IMG/VR virus record: IMGVR_UViG_3300040801_000976
Span: 64,787 to 128,786 of that record
DNA length: 64,000 nt
Source of the DNA: a virus
Reading direction: 5' to 3' (one strand)
The notes beneath the pieces are model-generated. The model did not search any database, was not told the origin of the DNA, and saw nothing but the letters and a program-made list of their open reading frames with translations. Below are positions 24,801 through 32,740 of the stretch, piece after piece. How positions within the stretch are numbered: the stretch's first letter is position 1; each line of letters starts with the position of its first letter. The position numbers were made by a program, and so were the translations under genes.

Positions 24801-27246
24801 CGAAGAACTAAATAATAATACATTATTATCTCAAATAAGTCGTAAAGAAACGGAGACAGATATTATAACTAAAGAATCTTTTGATATACTAGGTGGTATA
24901 AACACCGAAACTACCACAGTAGGTGATATAGCTAACTTCAAAATATTGTTAAAAAATATTCAAAAAACACATCCAGATTTATACAATGCTTTATTTAATT
25001 ATAGCTTGATTATAAACAAAGGTGGTTTAGGTAAATCTTCTTTAACATCTTTATTTGATTTGAAAATATTTGAAGACTTTGAAAACTTTTTAAATACTAT
25101 TGAAAAGGAAAAATTAATAGAAGAAGAATTTCATAGTTTATCTAAAGATGTAAAGGGTTTATTAATTCCTATGTTATTGCAACAATTCCCGACCAAGACC
25201 GGTGTAAAAATATTAGAAAAAACCTTAGATAAATCAGGCCTGACGGATGAAGAATTAGAGCAAGAATTTTCAGAGTCTCAAGAAAGTGAAGAGAATCTAC
25301 ATGAATTCATGGAAGAGGATTTTTCTAATATTCACAGGGATTATAGAGAGGAGATAGCTAAAAACTACGATGTTAGTAGTATATTATCTGCAAAAATCAG
25401 TGGTAATATACACGCTCCGGATATTTTTAAAAGTAGAACTAACAATTTGGTGTATGCCTATAATGAGAAAGTGAATGATTATGTACCTATAACCAAAACA
25501 ATATCTAACAGGGTTATACCTATAGATATAACCACAGATACTGATGTATTAAATAATCTTTCTACAATAGGATATGATTGGGGGTGGGAAATAGAGATGC
25601 CTAACGGAACAAAAGCTAGATTACTAAATCTATCGGACAGGGCCAAAGGTACTTATAATGTACTACAACCCGACGGTACTGTGATACAGATGAAAGATAT
25701 TGATATTATGACATTTAATCCAAATGTTAGATTATATTACGAAGCTATAAAAATCCTACCAGGTAAATTTGAAAAAAAATATCCTTATAATTTTTTCAAA
25801 GATAAAAATACTGGTGATATAACTGTAAATGATGGTGATAGTGCTATACCTATTAAAATCGAAGTAAAAGACACAGATGTAATTAGAAGTTCAGATAAAA
25901 CAGTATTAACATCATACTTGGTAGACCTTATTAATAGTAAGGTAAAAAATAAACCTAAAGAGAATAAAAAATTTGATGATATATTAAAGTTATTTGATGA
26001 TCTAGTAAATGAAGTAGAAGTAGCTATACAGCTGTCGTCTATGCCAGATAATACTGATGTGTTTGAAGCTCAACAAGCCATAAAATCAAATCCTAATCCC
26101 GCTATCAATCATGTAAGATCTGTTTTATATAATCTACCTCTGGTACTAAGATATTCATTATTAAGAAAACCTGAATCACAAAAAATAGATTATATTAAAA
26201 AGATAGTAGGTTCTAATATGAATATTACTTCTTGGCCTAAAGTACGAGGTTCTAAAGTAAAAGATATGAGTGTTCCTAAAATATTTGAGTCGGATATAGA
26301 ATTACTTACCAAGGAAGAGTTAGCTTCCCAATTACAGATTATGGATTATTTACCTATATTAAAGTGGGTAGGTATTTCAGAGAATGTTTATAGAAAAGCT
26401 ATAAATAAAAAAGTTTTGGTAGATGGTAATAAAGTATATACAGATCCAACTATTATAAAAAATATAGACGAAGATGTAAAATTTGATAAAGCTATACCTA
26501 TTCCAGAAGTAATCAGACAAAACTCACTAAATAATATTAGTCCTGTAGTTATAGAACGATTGGGTGCTTTTGTTAGAAGTAGATTTACTGGTGTTTCTGT
26601 TAAAGTGTTGGGAACATCTGATATAGTGGCACAGTATGGTGAAAAATACAATCACGCTGCTTTTGTGAAAGATGGTACTATTGTGTTAAATAGAGACAAA
26701 GCCACATTAGATAGTGCTATGCACGAGATGGGCCACCTATATCTTGCAGAGATTAAGAATTCAGATAAAGAATTATATATCAATTTAATGAGTTTAGCTT
26801 CTAGACACGAAGACTATAATTTAGTAAAAAAGTTATACCCTGAACTAAGTCCGACAGATATTGCTGAAGAAGTGTTTGTTGGTTTATTATCTAAAAATAA
26901 ACGATCCAAACTTGAGAATGCGGTAGTAAATGAGATGGCAAATACATTGTCTGATGAAAATGGGAATCTTTGGGGTAAAGTAATAAACTTTTTTAGAAAT
27001 TTATTCAAGGGATTTGTTGGTAATTCAACTATAAATAACGACTTTATCGACTTAGACACTAATTTGACAGAAGCGTTAAACACTATCAGTGATGATATAT
27101 TATATGGGAAAAACTCTAAACTATATAACTTTACATCTAGTTTTAAACAAGATATTAAAAAATCTAATCCTTCATATGAAATGAGTACATCGGAAGCACG
27201 CGCTTATTTAGAAGAAAGAGGTTTCATAAGATGGATTTGTAATTAA
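15829..27246 (+). CDS. virion RNA polymerase (crAss-like two-barrel single-chain RNAP, phi14:2 gp66-type) with C-terminal zincin-like domain
   Basis: ARIPAQGKQS...TGADYDIDK catalytic DxDxD (22729-22743), GKTGVGIYA, SAATDNAKE; HEMGH...AEE near the C-terminus (from 26722). Confidence 0.88.
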   Translation: MKRKISCVPTLSSISQRMVNSIKKGKGMAPSELYLFVVKDVMPTILGEQDVRKELDNIAKGEFNSNLGELLMGIGMSINQIAKLSNDKSQTVSTTDMISIWRDTSTKLLANLEPTPGSGVSNISLDENTTQELTSDDEVEAPSKVDTEDIPGEISIRKPLGSKNINEVLDHYLVGDLRKIPDSLQSFFQSMISKVWLSGDNQTNFTSEAIKAKLRDSLNAVVRNYYSGNAVEMITSSIVSRKNFISTDNLNTLIFNAESAIPSDSKLVHEDVDFGIKYYTNSSILGTDNMPMLLVVGEDPTMMLEQFLTNEELFGERAGNNTVIPESLQDGIDRKYSSIDRETVQDNYYIPEVRNTYFAQIINNELDTFIRSYAPMLDSTYKEIFRTSFGDIQSFGSSMANKLTKINISTTPLLYKGREAKDVKSSLGSLKSELSKSSNYYGTLANSSLLSELDTNGNKMISVRLDNKEYSGVMLDLGPKNLIVVNDGNSWLVPISNVDGDVSMVQAQELFRDSSNIDMFYEAAVISAVDFLNRNATDIEGLRNNTTEAKFDKSTFFNIIKNTNTPLTEDVDNINLFSNEGGRKFLQESDLEIASEVFQFLPGNIADASRYLARIASDTSSVYKDIARSLYYRFFKKGKYLVTSINPETGRLETTEQMSMYERYHRFNDTVARNSLISLMVQLRSSSLDNKAMVQDNEFIVTNVQKGTTLQSLISEIENSNTEYFAGKRVTPDKVYENFTVKELRGNEYAIEFYRFSSKSSPDIKFYIKDLGTNNDGRAKGNKFEVVEKDDSSSLNLENIGILSGFMGLPAFLSNKNFYNQLYDDSVTGNDVSNFFANVIALKLANGNKLLGNKNYTSSGASKLALVRSEGDIKHTFANNMYGYTNLLDTTIEKVLGNSKRAYIMSPEGHKLSVSIITNKAKSKQELVDQVKDNKLSESNLYRHSEFATGDMRLTNNGVTKNGIRVGVDGKGNAKLDSLEHVIYLMENAYLAHAEKRNFLEYLSQAGTMSDRTTVNLDGVSFESMQALPVKEGKLDEELLRKKFFEVQRNSQKGINESLLNGWNGFIRKIKSGEIVMNSGNIKLLPNSFTSISSLYNTLEKVKFDRNEVLKKSGLTDKSFIDDSKKIANIRYSIIMMDNVISSQGDGLRSLFLDTYLNTFKQYLKDVEYKISPKAVSILANRFPSALSSSNGFEHNRVIAQEILTRSFFYQDTIAEQNLISILSGNVFQYKSKIPSVFEKLNAKNFKSDIDKLRWLGEQKGYENKSIVESTFAELEKLGSEGNRLGFIKSILDSNLSDKQKLSLLYFDDLYTQITPMYVDRVKRNQGSGTSFQNYVFAADNSSGFLIDKTSKEILVKDPETVVKLLGSGSLSQDIYDAVQMAHPLFFYKHNMSLGDKFSNFRSRSIIKDVNASNFEDTSEYLLQKKATFPMFNWEFIFRGTPEHNNLFSLMNSRIKLDIDGLFLDENPLLPFPNFGTTISEEVLLNHGEYLGELLVDGNKTTASELLYLHNNNEIDLSTLDIKSNKVYKTGFYTLQDIYNYYGGAQGDLDAYNSADNKTAFIEEFPFGWTWFKIGEIITNYRGVENNYPIRNSYISKLGFTSQSKTGSRNINEETILSDKLSKYDEVEYAEIPNRFSGPVLDAEHEPDTTAELSMSEEAQNNMVSMITQVMSASIAQGESFNEVEAMFGALGTLSDLQLNIINEKLSDYEASSSSLNKLSDSVRRYALELAQETMTTRKDPGSTSAFLGLGTERLDKISFDLKQILPLVRQSLNAHLNSQTVRFKMKGGQYIVSPSHDQIKTYSFGKSTNLFRSSMNSGNNDVNSMIVDAVKTDTLPNGWELNTVTSLDQFDRYHTNTDTVFIREDKESVSDLVPVKVSELLKDKSNLISLIENGLISSAWVNPDPGNTVSAKARSIEGNTLSWLNYFKDGKNIYNTDEYYSYYLAGKAPLYLSNLKENTKNNAEYLSKARKFFSDETEGSGVPKLLWARYYYNSLNKNNTLSLSPLLPESSINKAYESFDINNEEQFLKFLNYIKRQKSDPRFFTNQFKSQLQSQLENGNWRAKEAEFYMPPMHQSAFLIDYGDSIQDIIGTQEQPDVERVRDNLSEEEINIITNRFNSSEAQSIKDKLKNTTFLRLKEEQNQHMLDYFLAKINNLEKLSRKSSLKESEKESLMRRSPLFLLQNSVRNKDTLSKAVDKLLTKEVVLANSSNTKDLITLKQELINNRGSASEILDDALLSFKEKWSATLANNFEKSLTFITARIPAQGKQSYTVGKIKNFIYSTRNAIYGPLEMLTVTGADYDIDKQNNMAWDVDDHGTVIDWTPYLDKSGKINAVKINNVINKSTSEFREQLEQLGLTDIDNRVSAFKKNKINFISRAVQNFVVDRLMKGALDPVNGIEAATAVSMRKLGVIKEVMDSFNFENLGIDKYKLTTTDGKYNFSESLVKAIQKRQHALPFSPSTKMIYERVNMDGKTGVGIYASALKAYLATYYAWLKNNSITNYNSTLTNRYTMDDILNASEKELQSIHDAIVDEDTDRTWITFTNKFAPSINRDAKKIPKGTKTDLSLDNNALHFIWKDPETGLFEIKSDIYSLANTGKHMPSVGKTLSKIKTQRAKEVYKRIGFADEQEQVALLSKYMDDLNLLDNYNTESQAWEDLSELLSAATDNAKELILGKIGSNATTSSIISVMVVLGIDLQNALLLINDTKIKDIVSLVEQKSRLLGVKDSYIPALSKLLENKIDKYKPNEELSDEKIEQLVRKSATANTPEKEINARIEKQKVLRKHYNPYEQFMFFTKAADELTKLSRILSINQGLPNSEFEVFNYIRNVEDAIGAPIEEFVGDSNMSAADIDAKRLEIIKKYDVTKTVFNIPYILLKNEHYFSYIKSLLKSNNILKNLSYTVRLVYNDLNTNLPVDKTSVTKSEFTNYINTLTDFVISKFYKSPSVNSIVNLGKYGSYDLSKVSSGDTDIKGRQEFIKEFPDILNNIKKSSEELNNNTLLSQISRKETETDIITKESFDILGGINTETTTVGDIANFKILLKNIQKTHPDLYNALFNYSLIINKGGLGKSSLTSLFDLKIFEDFENFLNTIEKEKLIEEEFHSLSKDVKGLLIPMLLQQFPTKTGVKILEKTLDKSGLTDEELEQEFSESQESEENLHEFMEEDFSNIHRDYREEIAKNYDVSSILSAKISGNIHAPDIFKSRTNNLVYAYNEKVNDYVPITKTISNRVIPIDITTDTDVLNNLSTIGYDWGWEIEMPNGTKARLLNLSDRAKGTYNVLQPDGTVIQMKDIDIMTFNPNVRLYYEAIKILPGKFEKKYPYNFFKDKNTGDITVNDGDSAIPIKIEVKDTDVIRSSDKTVLTSYLVDLINSKVKNKPKENKKFDDILKLFDDLVNEVEVAIQLSSMPDNTDVFEAQQAIKSNPNPAINHVRSVLYNLPLVLRYSLLRKPESQKIDYIKKIVGSNMNITSWPKVRGSKVKDMSVPKIFESDIELLTKEELASQLQIMDYLPILKWVGISENVYRKAINKKVLVDGNKVYTDPTIIKNIDEDVKFDKAIPIPEVIRQNSLNNISPVVIERLGAFVRSRFTGVSVKVLGTSDIVAQYGEKYNHAAFVKDGTIVLNRDKATLDSAMHEMGHLYLAEIKNSDKELYINLMSLASRHEDYNLVKKLYPELSPTDIAEEVFVGLLSKNKRSKLENAVVNEMANTLSDENGNLWGKVINFFRNLFKGFVGNSTINNDFIDLDTNLTEALNTISDDILYGKNSKLYNFTSSFKQDIKKSNPSYEMSTSEARAYLEERGFIRWICN

Positions 27247-27260
27247 TAATTATTATTTCG

Positions 27261-27293
27261 AGAGTACGGTGTAAATTACCGTACTCTTATTTT
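27261..27293 (+). terminator. intergenic hairpin, possible terminator or attenuator
   Basis: AGAGTACGGT-GTAAATT-ACCGTACTCT 10-bp perfect stem followed by TATTTT. Confidence 0.55.
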
Positions 27294-27306
27294 AAACTGA
27301 ATAAAG

Positions 27307-30300
27307 ATGGCAAAAGATTGTAAATTTGTATATTTTGATGGTGACGGTAAGCCTTCTGTAGATTACTATAATTATATCAATAAACATGGTCATGTTAATG
27401 CAGAAACTAATTATATTAATAAAACTTTAGCATTAGCAACTACTAAGTTTCAAAAAGATATTGATTTGAGAAAAGTACTTGAAGATGAGGCTAATTCTCC
27501 TAAATCAGATGTTAGTTACAAAGCTGTAACAACAGTTATATCCGAACACACACAGGATATTCCTGATGAAGTAGTTACCTTTATGGCTAAACAGCAGCGT
27601 ACACAAGATATTATAAATGAATATAAAGAACAAGGTAATAAAATTGATTGGAAGAAAGCCAATAATCAAGCTACTAAGTTTTTTGAAAAAGAAGATAACG
27701 CAGAAATATCTAGTCTATATAAATCCGAAGTCAGATCTAAATGGTCCAATCAAGCTAAACAGGGAGATTTAGTCCATGAATCTATACAATATGCTTTGGA
27801 AGAAAGGGAGGATAGCGAAGACAAAAGTTTAGGTAAAATACCGGAGTTTGTAGCTAAATCCAGGAGAAAGATGGATGATCGTTACGGTGAAGGAAATCAT
27901 TTGAGTTTTAACACTATTTCTCTAGTATCTGATATTGTAAAGGAAATCACCAATTTAGAAAATAAATACAAGACTACTTTTCAGGTGTTGCCTGAAGCAG
28001 AGCTAAAAAGTAAGAAGTTACAGATAAATAATCAAAAGTTGTCTGGTAAAGTAGATATTTTACTATATTCTCCACAGTTAAATAAAGCTGTAGTGATGGA
28101 TATTAAAACCAAATCTTCGGACAAAGTACATAATTTTGATAATGTTAATCTACCTAAGATGACAGGTCCGTTCTCATCTTTAGTGGGTAATTCCGAAGAG
28201 ATGGCAAACGTACAGACCACTATTTATTCTGATATTTTAGAGAATGATTATGGTGTAAATGTATTAGAAACAAAAACTTATGTGGCTACAGGACAACTAA
28301 AACAAGATGGTAATGAAGTTGGTAATCGTGAGTGGAGATTCTCGTATTTAGATCCCAAAACCACAAAGTTTGTTGAAGGTCAAAGATACTCTGGTTTGAC
28401 ATACGATACTTATGATAAAAGTGATAGTGATTTAGAAAAAGATCTAAGTATAGATAAAGCTATAGATTTTTTATTTAAAGGAAAATTCGCCACAACTATA
28501 GATAGAAAAGATCAGTTTGTCGAAAGTCAGATGTCTACTATACAAAAATCAGAAGAGTCTGGTAAATTTTATTGGAGGAATACGTTTGATAGAAGTTTTG
28601 AATATGCCGTTACTACTGATGAATTAGAGAAAAAAATAAAAAAGGCGTATGATAAATTTTCTGAGAGTAAAAAGACGGCATCGCAGGATTTAATTTATTT
28701 GTTTAAACACGGAGACGCTCCTAAAGATTCAATATGGAATAACGAATTTTATCGAAGAAAAGCTAATAAACTATTCGAGGGTATAAATCCTGAAACACAT
28801 ATTTTACTAAATAGTTCTCAAGTAAAAAGTCTAAAGGGTATAGGTAAAGATATACTTATAGCTCAAGACAAGAATACAAAAGAACTTACATTAATGTCTA
28901 TATCTCCTACATGGGATATGCAACAATATTTTCACGAAGAGGGTTCGGACGAAGCTAGAACTACCATCCTAGGTCCTTATATGACAGATACCACAGTATC
29001 AAAACTATATAATGAAGGTATAATACCTAAAGCAACAACACACTCTATGAATATGCTGAGATTAGCTTTAGTTGCTGCTGACCTTAGAAAAAACAATCCT
29101 TCTTCTATGGGTAAAGTAAAAAAACTAGTATCTCTAACCGTGATGGGGGAGAGTCATAACTTCAGGACCTCTTCTATGGCAGAACAAATAGCCCTACTTC
29201 GTGAATTACATTCTGTTATTAGCAAAAATAACGGTGATATACCAAAACCTCTGGATGATATTGTGATGGATAAAGATTTACGAGATCCATCTAACTACAA
29301 TAGTAAATATTTCGACGATTTTGTTTCTAGATTTATTCATGACCAAGATGTATTTGGTGGTATTAAGATTAGAAAAGAAACACAACAAGCCATAAATAAT
29401 CTTAGGAAAACACTAGAAGAAGCTGGTAAAGACGAGGATAGTTTGTACGGACAATTTCGAGTAGAACAGAGTTTAATGAATTATGGTAAACAAGTATATA
29501 CAGAAGTAGCTGGTATAAAGAATGTATCTCTTACTGAAAAAAAAGCAATTATAGCTGATTCCCGTGTACAAGAAGCTATGAATGCATATTTAGCATATAA
29601 GAATCTAAAAGTTAATACAGACCCTTTGTTTAAAGGAAAATTTCTACATATGCTTAATTCTGCTAAAACAGCTAACGATCCTTATGCTGATATGTTAGAT
29701 AAATTAGTAGCTCAACATGAACAACGTGTCCGAGAAGATATAATGGAATTTATGTCTGAGCATGATCGTTTGGTAAAAAACCTTGTCAAAAAAGAGGGTA
29801 TAAATGCTGCACAACAAATGGTTTCATTAGATTTTTATGAAAAAATATTTAAACCATTAATGCGAGATGAATACCGATTCGATGAGAATAATACGGAAGA
29901 TTGGATGAGGTTCAAAGATCCTAAAGATAAAAATAATGATCTAAACGATGACCAGCGAGCTTATATTGAATTCTTTAATAAACATATTAAAGATGCCTCA
30001 AGGGCTATGTTACCTAAGAAATTATTCACGAACATGTTTCCTGATCCAGAAAGTGGTATAACAAACGATTCTTGGAAAGAAGGTTATTTACCCATTATAC
30101 CCGGTACTGCTACCGGCGAGATGCAGAAAACCATGAATATGGAAAATGGACAGGATGTTTTAGAGGTTATAAAAAGATCATGGAGTAAAGCTTTTAAACC
30201 AACGGATGATGGCAAAATAGAAAAAGAACCATGGAGTTACGAGGCGGCTTTTATGGAACAAGTTGATGCTAATAAAGGACGTGGTACAAGACAAACTAGA

Positions 30301-31881
30301 AATTTGTTAGGTATGACAGATGAAGGAGAAGCTTTACCACAAAAACGAGACGTAGAAAAAAATCCCGTGGTACTATTGAATATGTATGTTGTTAATGCCT
30401 TTCGATCTAAACATATGGCTCAAGCAGCGTTTGCATATCATGCTTTAGACTCATCTTTAATAGCTCAAAGTTTGTTAATGAAAGAAGCCGGCGTAGACAT
30501 AGAGCCTTTACGAGAAATTTTACGTAATGTTAGTAAGATAAGGATACATAATAAATTCAAGGATGAAGACTTGATGGGGAATATGCTAGACCTAATGAAT
30601 AGGTTTAGTTCCGTTGCCTTATTTGCTGGCTCATTACGCCAATTCTTTACAGAAGGAGCTACAGCTACTGCACAAACTGGATCATCTTTGTTAGGAAATG
30701 CTTTTAATAATATATTATTTAAAGGAGAGAAAAAATATACTGCTAAAGATTATGCCTGGGCTTCAAAACACGTTGGTTCTGGTTTTGGACATCAGGTTAT
30801 GATTGAATATGGTCTATATAATTCTGATCTAGGGCAATTCTCATCTTCTGATTATGTAGCTACAAAAAAGAATTCTTTATATCAAACAAAACATTTATTT
30901 GCTCCTATACACCAGGTAATGAAACAATCTTTTCAAACAATTACTATGTCACAGATGCATAAAGAAGGTGTGACGGAGAAAGCGTTTGAGTATAATAAAG
31001 ATCTTGGTAGATGGTCTTATAATGAAACTCAAGATCCTAGGTTTTATGTTTACAATGCAACCACACCATTAGAAGGTCAACAATCTAAACCACCAGAAAC
31101 AAAAGAAGAGTTAAGCAGGTATAATCTATGGAAAGCGCATAGAACAACAATGCAGCAAGAGGGTAGTGGTATCAAAAATAATCGTATGACACGTCCTTTT
31201 ACTATCGATCACCTACAATCTATGAAAAACTATACAGTAAGATTACTGGGTGCCATGGATTCTTCACAGATGACAGCTATGGAATATGCTGCTACCGGAC
31301 GTGCTCTCGGCAAATTCAAAAGGTGGATGAGGCAAAAACTAGACAATATATACGCTAAAACTTACAAGTCAACGAAGGAAGGTCAGTGGGTTGAAGGAGA
31401 TAATGGTTGGGAATTTGTTGCCGAAGAATTTGAGGGTTATGTACAATCTTTTATGGGTTTAGTAAAAGAAGTGAGAAAACAAGGATGGAGTAATGCTGTA
31501 GAAAATATGTCTAATAGACGAAAAGAAAATTTATCAAAATTACTAGCAGACTTATTTTTATGGATGATCCTTATGTACACTGTTAATTTGTTGATGGAGG
31601 ATGAATTATATGACTCTAAGTTAGGTAAAGAAGTGGTAAAAGGTATGGGTAATGCCGTGGGTGATATCATGCCTATCCAGGGTTTATACGGAATTACTAC
31701 AAGTAGTCCTATGGCTGCTGTAGGTGTAACTTCGAATATAGGATTTAATTTTTTTAGATCCGTGGGGTATGCATTTACTTTAGATTTTGAAAATGCTAAC
31801 AACGCAGCTAGTAAAGCAATGGAATCCTTTGGATTATATAGATTTACAGATGGTTTAATAGAGTTTGCAGAAAATAAATAA
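27307..31881 (+). CDS. large virion ejection protein (1524 aa) with N-terminal PD-(D/E)xK nuclease-like domain and C-terminal hydrophobic segment
   Basis: GDLVHESIQ...PEAEL...GKVDILL...VMDIKT...QTTIY resembles the RecB/Cas4-type nuclease motif order; LLADLFLWMILMYTVNLLM near the C-terminus. Confidence 0.7.
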   Translation: MAKDCKFVYFDGDGKPSVDYYNYINKHGHVNAETNYINKTLALATTKFQKDIDLRKVLEDEANSPKSDVSYKAVTTVISEHTQDIPDEVVTFMAKQQRTQDIINEYKEQGNKIDWKKANNQATKFFEKEDNAEISSLYKSEVRSKWSNQAKQGDLVHESIQYALEEREDSEDKSLGKIPEFVAKSRRKMDDRYGEGNHLSFNTISLVSDIVKEITNLENKYKTTFQVLPEAELKSKKLQINNQKLSGKVDILLYSPQLNKAVVMDIKTKSSDKVHNFDNVNLPKMTGPFSSLVGNSEEMANVQTTIYSDILENDYGVNVLETKTYVATGQLKQDGNEVGNREWRFSYLDPKTTKFVEGQRYSGLTYDTYDKSDSDLEKDLSIDKAIDFLFKGKFATTIDRKDQFVESQMSTIQKSEESGKFYWRNTFDRSFEYAVTTDELEKKIKKAYDKFSESKKTASQDLIYLFKHGDAPKDSIWNNEFYRRKANKLFEGINPETHILLNSSQVKSLKGIGKDILIAQDKNTKELTLMSISPTWDMQQYFHEEGSDEARTTILGPYMTDTTVSKLYNEGIIPKATTHSMNMLRLALVAADLRKNNPSSMGKVKKLVSLTVMGESHNFRTSSMAEQIALLRELHSVISKNNGDIPKPLDDIVMDKDLRDPSNYNSKYFDDFVSRFIHDQDVFGGIKIRKETQQAINNLRKTLEEAGKDEDSLYGQFRVEQSLMNYGKQVYTEVAGIKNVSLTEKKAIIADSRVQEAMNAYLAYKNLKVNTDPLFKGKFLHMLNSAKTANDPYADMLDKLVAQHEQRVREDIMEFMSEHDRLVKNLVKKEGINAAQQMVSLDFYEKIFKPLMRDEYRFDENNTEDWMRFKDPKDKNNDLNDDQRAYIEFFNKHIKDASRAMLPKKLFTNMFPDPESGITNDSWKEGYLPIIPGTATGEMQKTMNMENGQDVLEVIKRSWSKAFKPTDDGKIEKEPWSYEAAFMEQVDANKGRGTRQTRNLLGMTDEGEALPQKRDVEKNPVVLLNMYVVNAFRSKHMAQAAFAYHALDSSLIAQSLLMKEAGVDIEPLREILRNVSKIRIHNKFKDEDLMGNMLDLMNRFSSVALFAGSLRQFFTEGATATAQTGSSLLGNAFNNILFKGEKKYTAKDYAWASKHVGSGFGHQVMIEYGLYNSDLGQFSSSDYVATKKNSLYQTKHLFAPIHQVMKQSFQTITMSQMHKEGVTEKAFEYNKDLGRWSYNETQDPRFYVYNATTPLEGQQSKPPETKEELSRYNLWKAHRTTMQQEGSGIKNNRMTRPFTIDHLQSMKNYTVRLLGAMDSSQMTAMEYAATGRALGKFKRWMRQKLDNIYAKTYKSTKEGQWVEGDNGWEFVAEEFEGYVQSFMGLVKEVRKQGWSNAVENMSNRRKENLSKLLADLFLWMILMYTVNLLMEDELYDSKLGKEVVKGMGNAVGDIMPIQGLYGITTSSPMAAVGVTSNIGFNFFRSVGYAFTLDFENANNAASKAMESFGLYRFTDGLIEFAENK

Positions 31882-31890
31882 TCAAAAATA

Positions 31891-32454
31891 ATGACAGAAA
31901 TAAAATTAAAAACAAAATCAACCAGTAATCACGTAGAATATGCTGGCAATAAAGGTGTACTAGAATTAATGCAAAGGCAAGTAGATCACGAATTTGAGAA
32001 TGAACGTCTATACCTCTCTATGTCTATATGGTTACATAGTAATGGATTTATTCAAACAGCTAAATTTTTTAGCAGACATTCTGTAGAAGAACGAGGTCAT
32101 GGAATGGATTTTATAAACGCTATGTTAAAACAAAAAGTAGCAATAAAAACACCTTATACAACGGACATAGAGCGTGATTTTACAGATGTTAGAAGTCTTT
32201 TGGTAATAGCAGTAGAACAAGAAGAGAAGACGTCTAAAATGATACTAGAATTGCATAAGAAAGCTATAGAAGAAAATAGTTTATTCTCGGAAGTAAGTAC
32301 TAAATACGTAGAAGAACAGATGGAGGAAACACAATTATTTAACTCTTTATTAAATCTATATGATTTGTGTGATGGGTCTAAAATAGATTTTGAACTTGAG
32401 GTTTTAGCACTTAAAGATTCTAAGAATAATAAATATAAAATGGGTATGTTATGA
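31891..32454 (+). CDS. ftnA: ferritin (non-heme, FtnA-like)
   Basis: HEFENERLYLSMS, EERGH, EQE and EEQMEE carry the ferroxidase-centre residues. Confidence 0.88.
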   Translation: MTEIKLKTKSTSNHVEYAGNKGVLELMQRQVDHEFENERLYLSMSIWLHSNGFIQTAKFFSRHSVEERGHGMDFINAMLKQKVAIKTPYTTDIERDFTDVRSLLVIAVEQEEKTSKMILELHKKAIEENSLFSEVSTKYVEEQMEETQLFNSLLNLYDLCDGSKIDFELEVLALKDSKNNKYKMGML

Positions 32455-32666
32455 ATATAACTATTGATACAATTAATAAAACGATTATTATTAACGAATT
32501 AGTTAATGTAGAAATTTTATATAAAAATCTAAAAGATATATTAGGTGAAAAATACAAATCTTATAGTATCGCTTCAATTATATCAAGTTATTGTACACCA
32601 ATTCCTTGTAAAGGAAATTATGAAATTAATTCTTCCGGTCATAATTTAATAAACACTACTGGTTAA
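32451..32666 (+). CDS. hypothetical protein
   Basis: 71-aa ORF with ATGA overlap on the ferritin stop. Confidence 0.5.
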   Translation: MNITIDTINKTIIINELVNVEILYKNLKDILGEKYKSYSIASIISSYCTPIPCKGNYEINSSGHNLINTTG

Positions 32667-32669
32667 ACT

Positions 32670-32715
32670 AAAAAAAATAGCCGAGTCCAATTAAGGGCCC
32701 GGCTATTCTGGTTTT
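32670..32715. terminator. bidirectional terminator at the strand switch
   Basis: A run + AATAGCCG...CGGCTATT hairpin between the convergent gene blocks. Confidence 0.75.
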
Positions 32716-32740
32716 AAAACTATTATTATGAAACAAAAAG

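Noticed and set aside
3210-31802. Many short minus-strand ORFs inside the giant genes, and plus-strand ORFs inside the replication block
   Set aside because: Antisense shadows of coding sequence with Ser/Leu/Phe-rich composition and no motifs.
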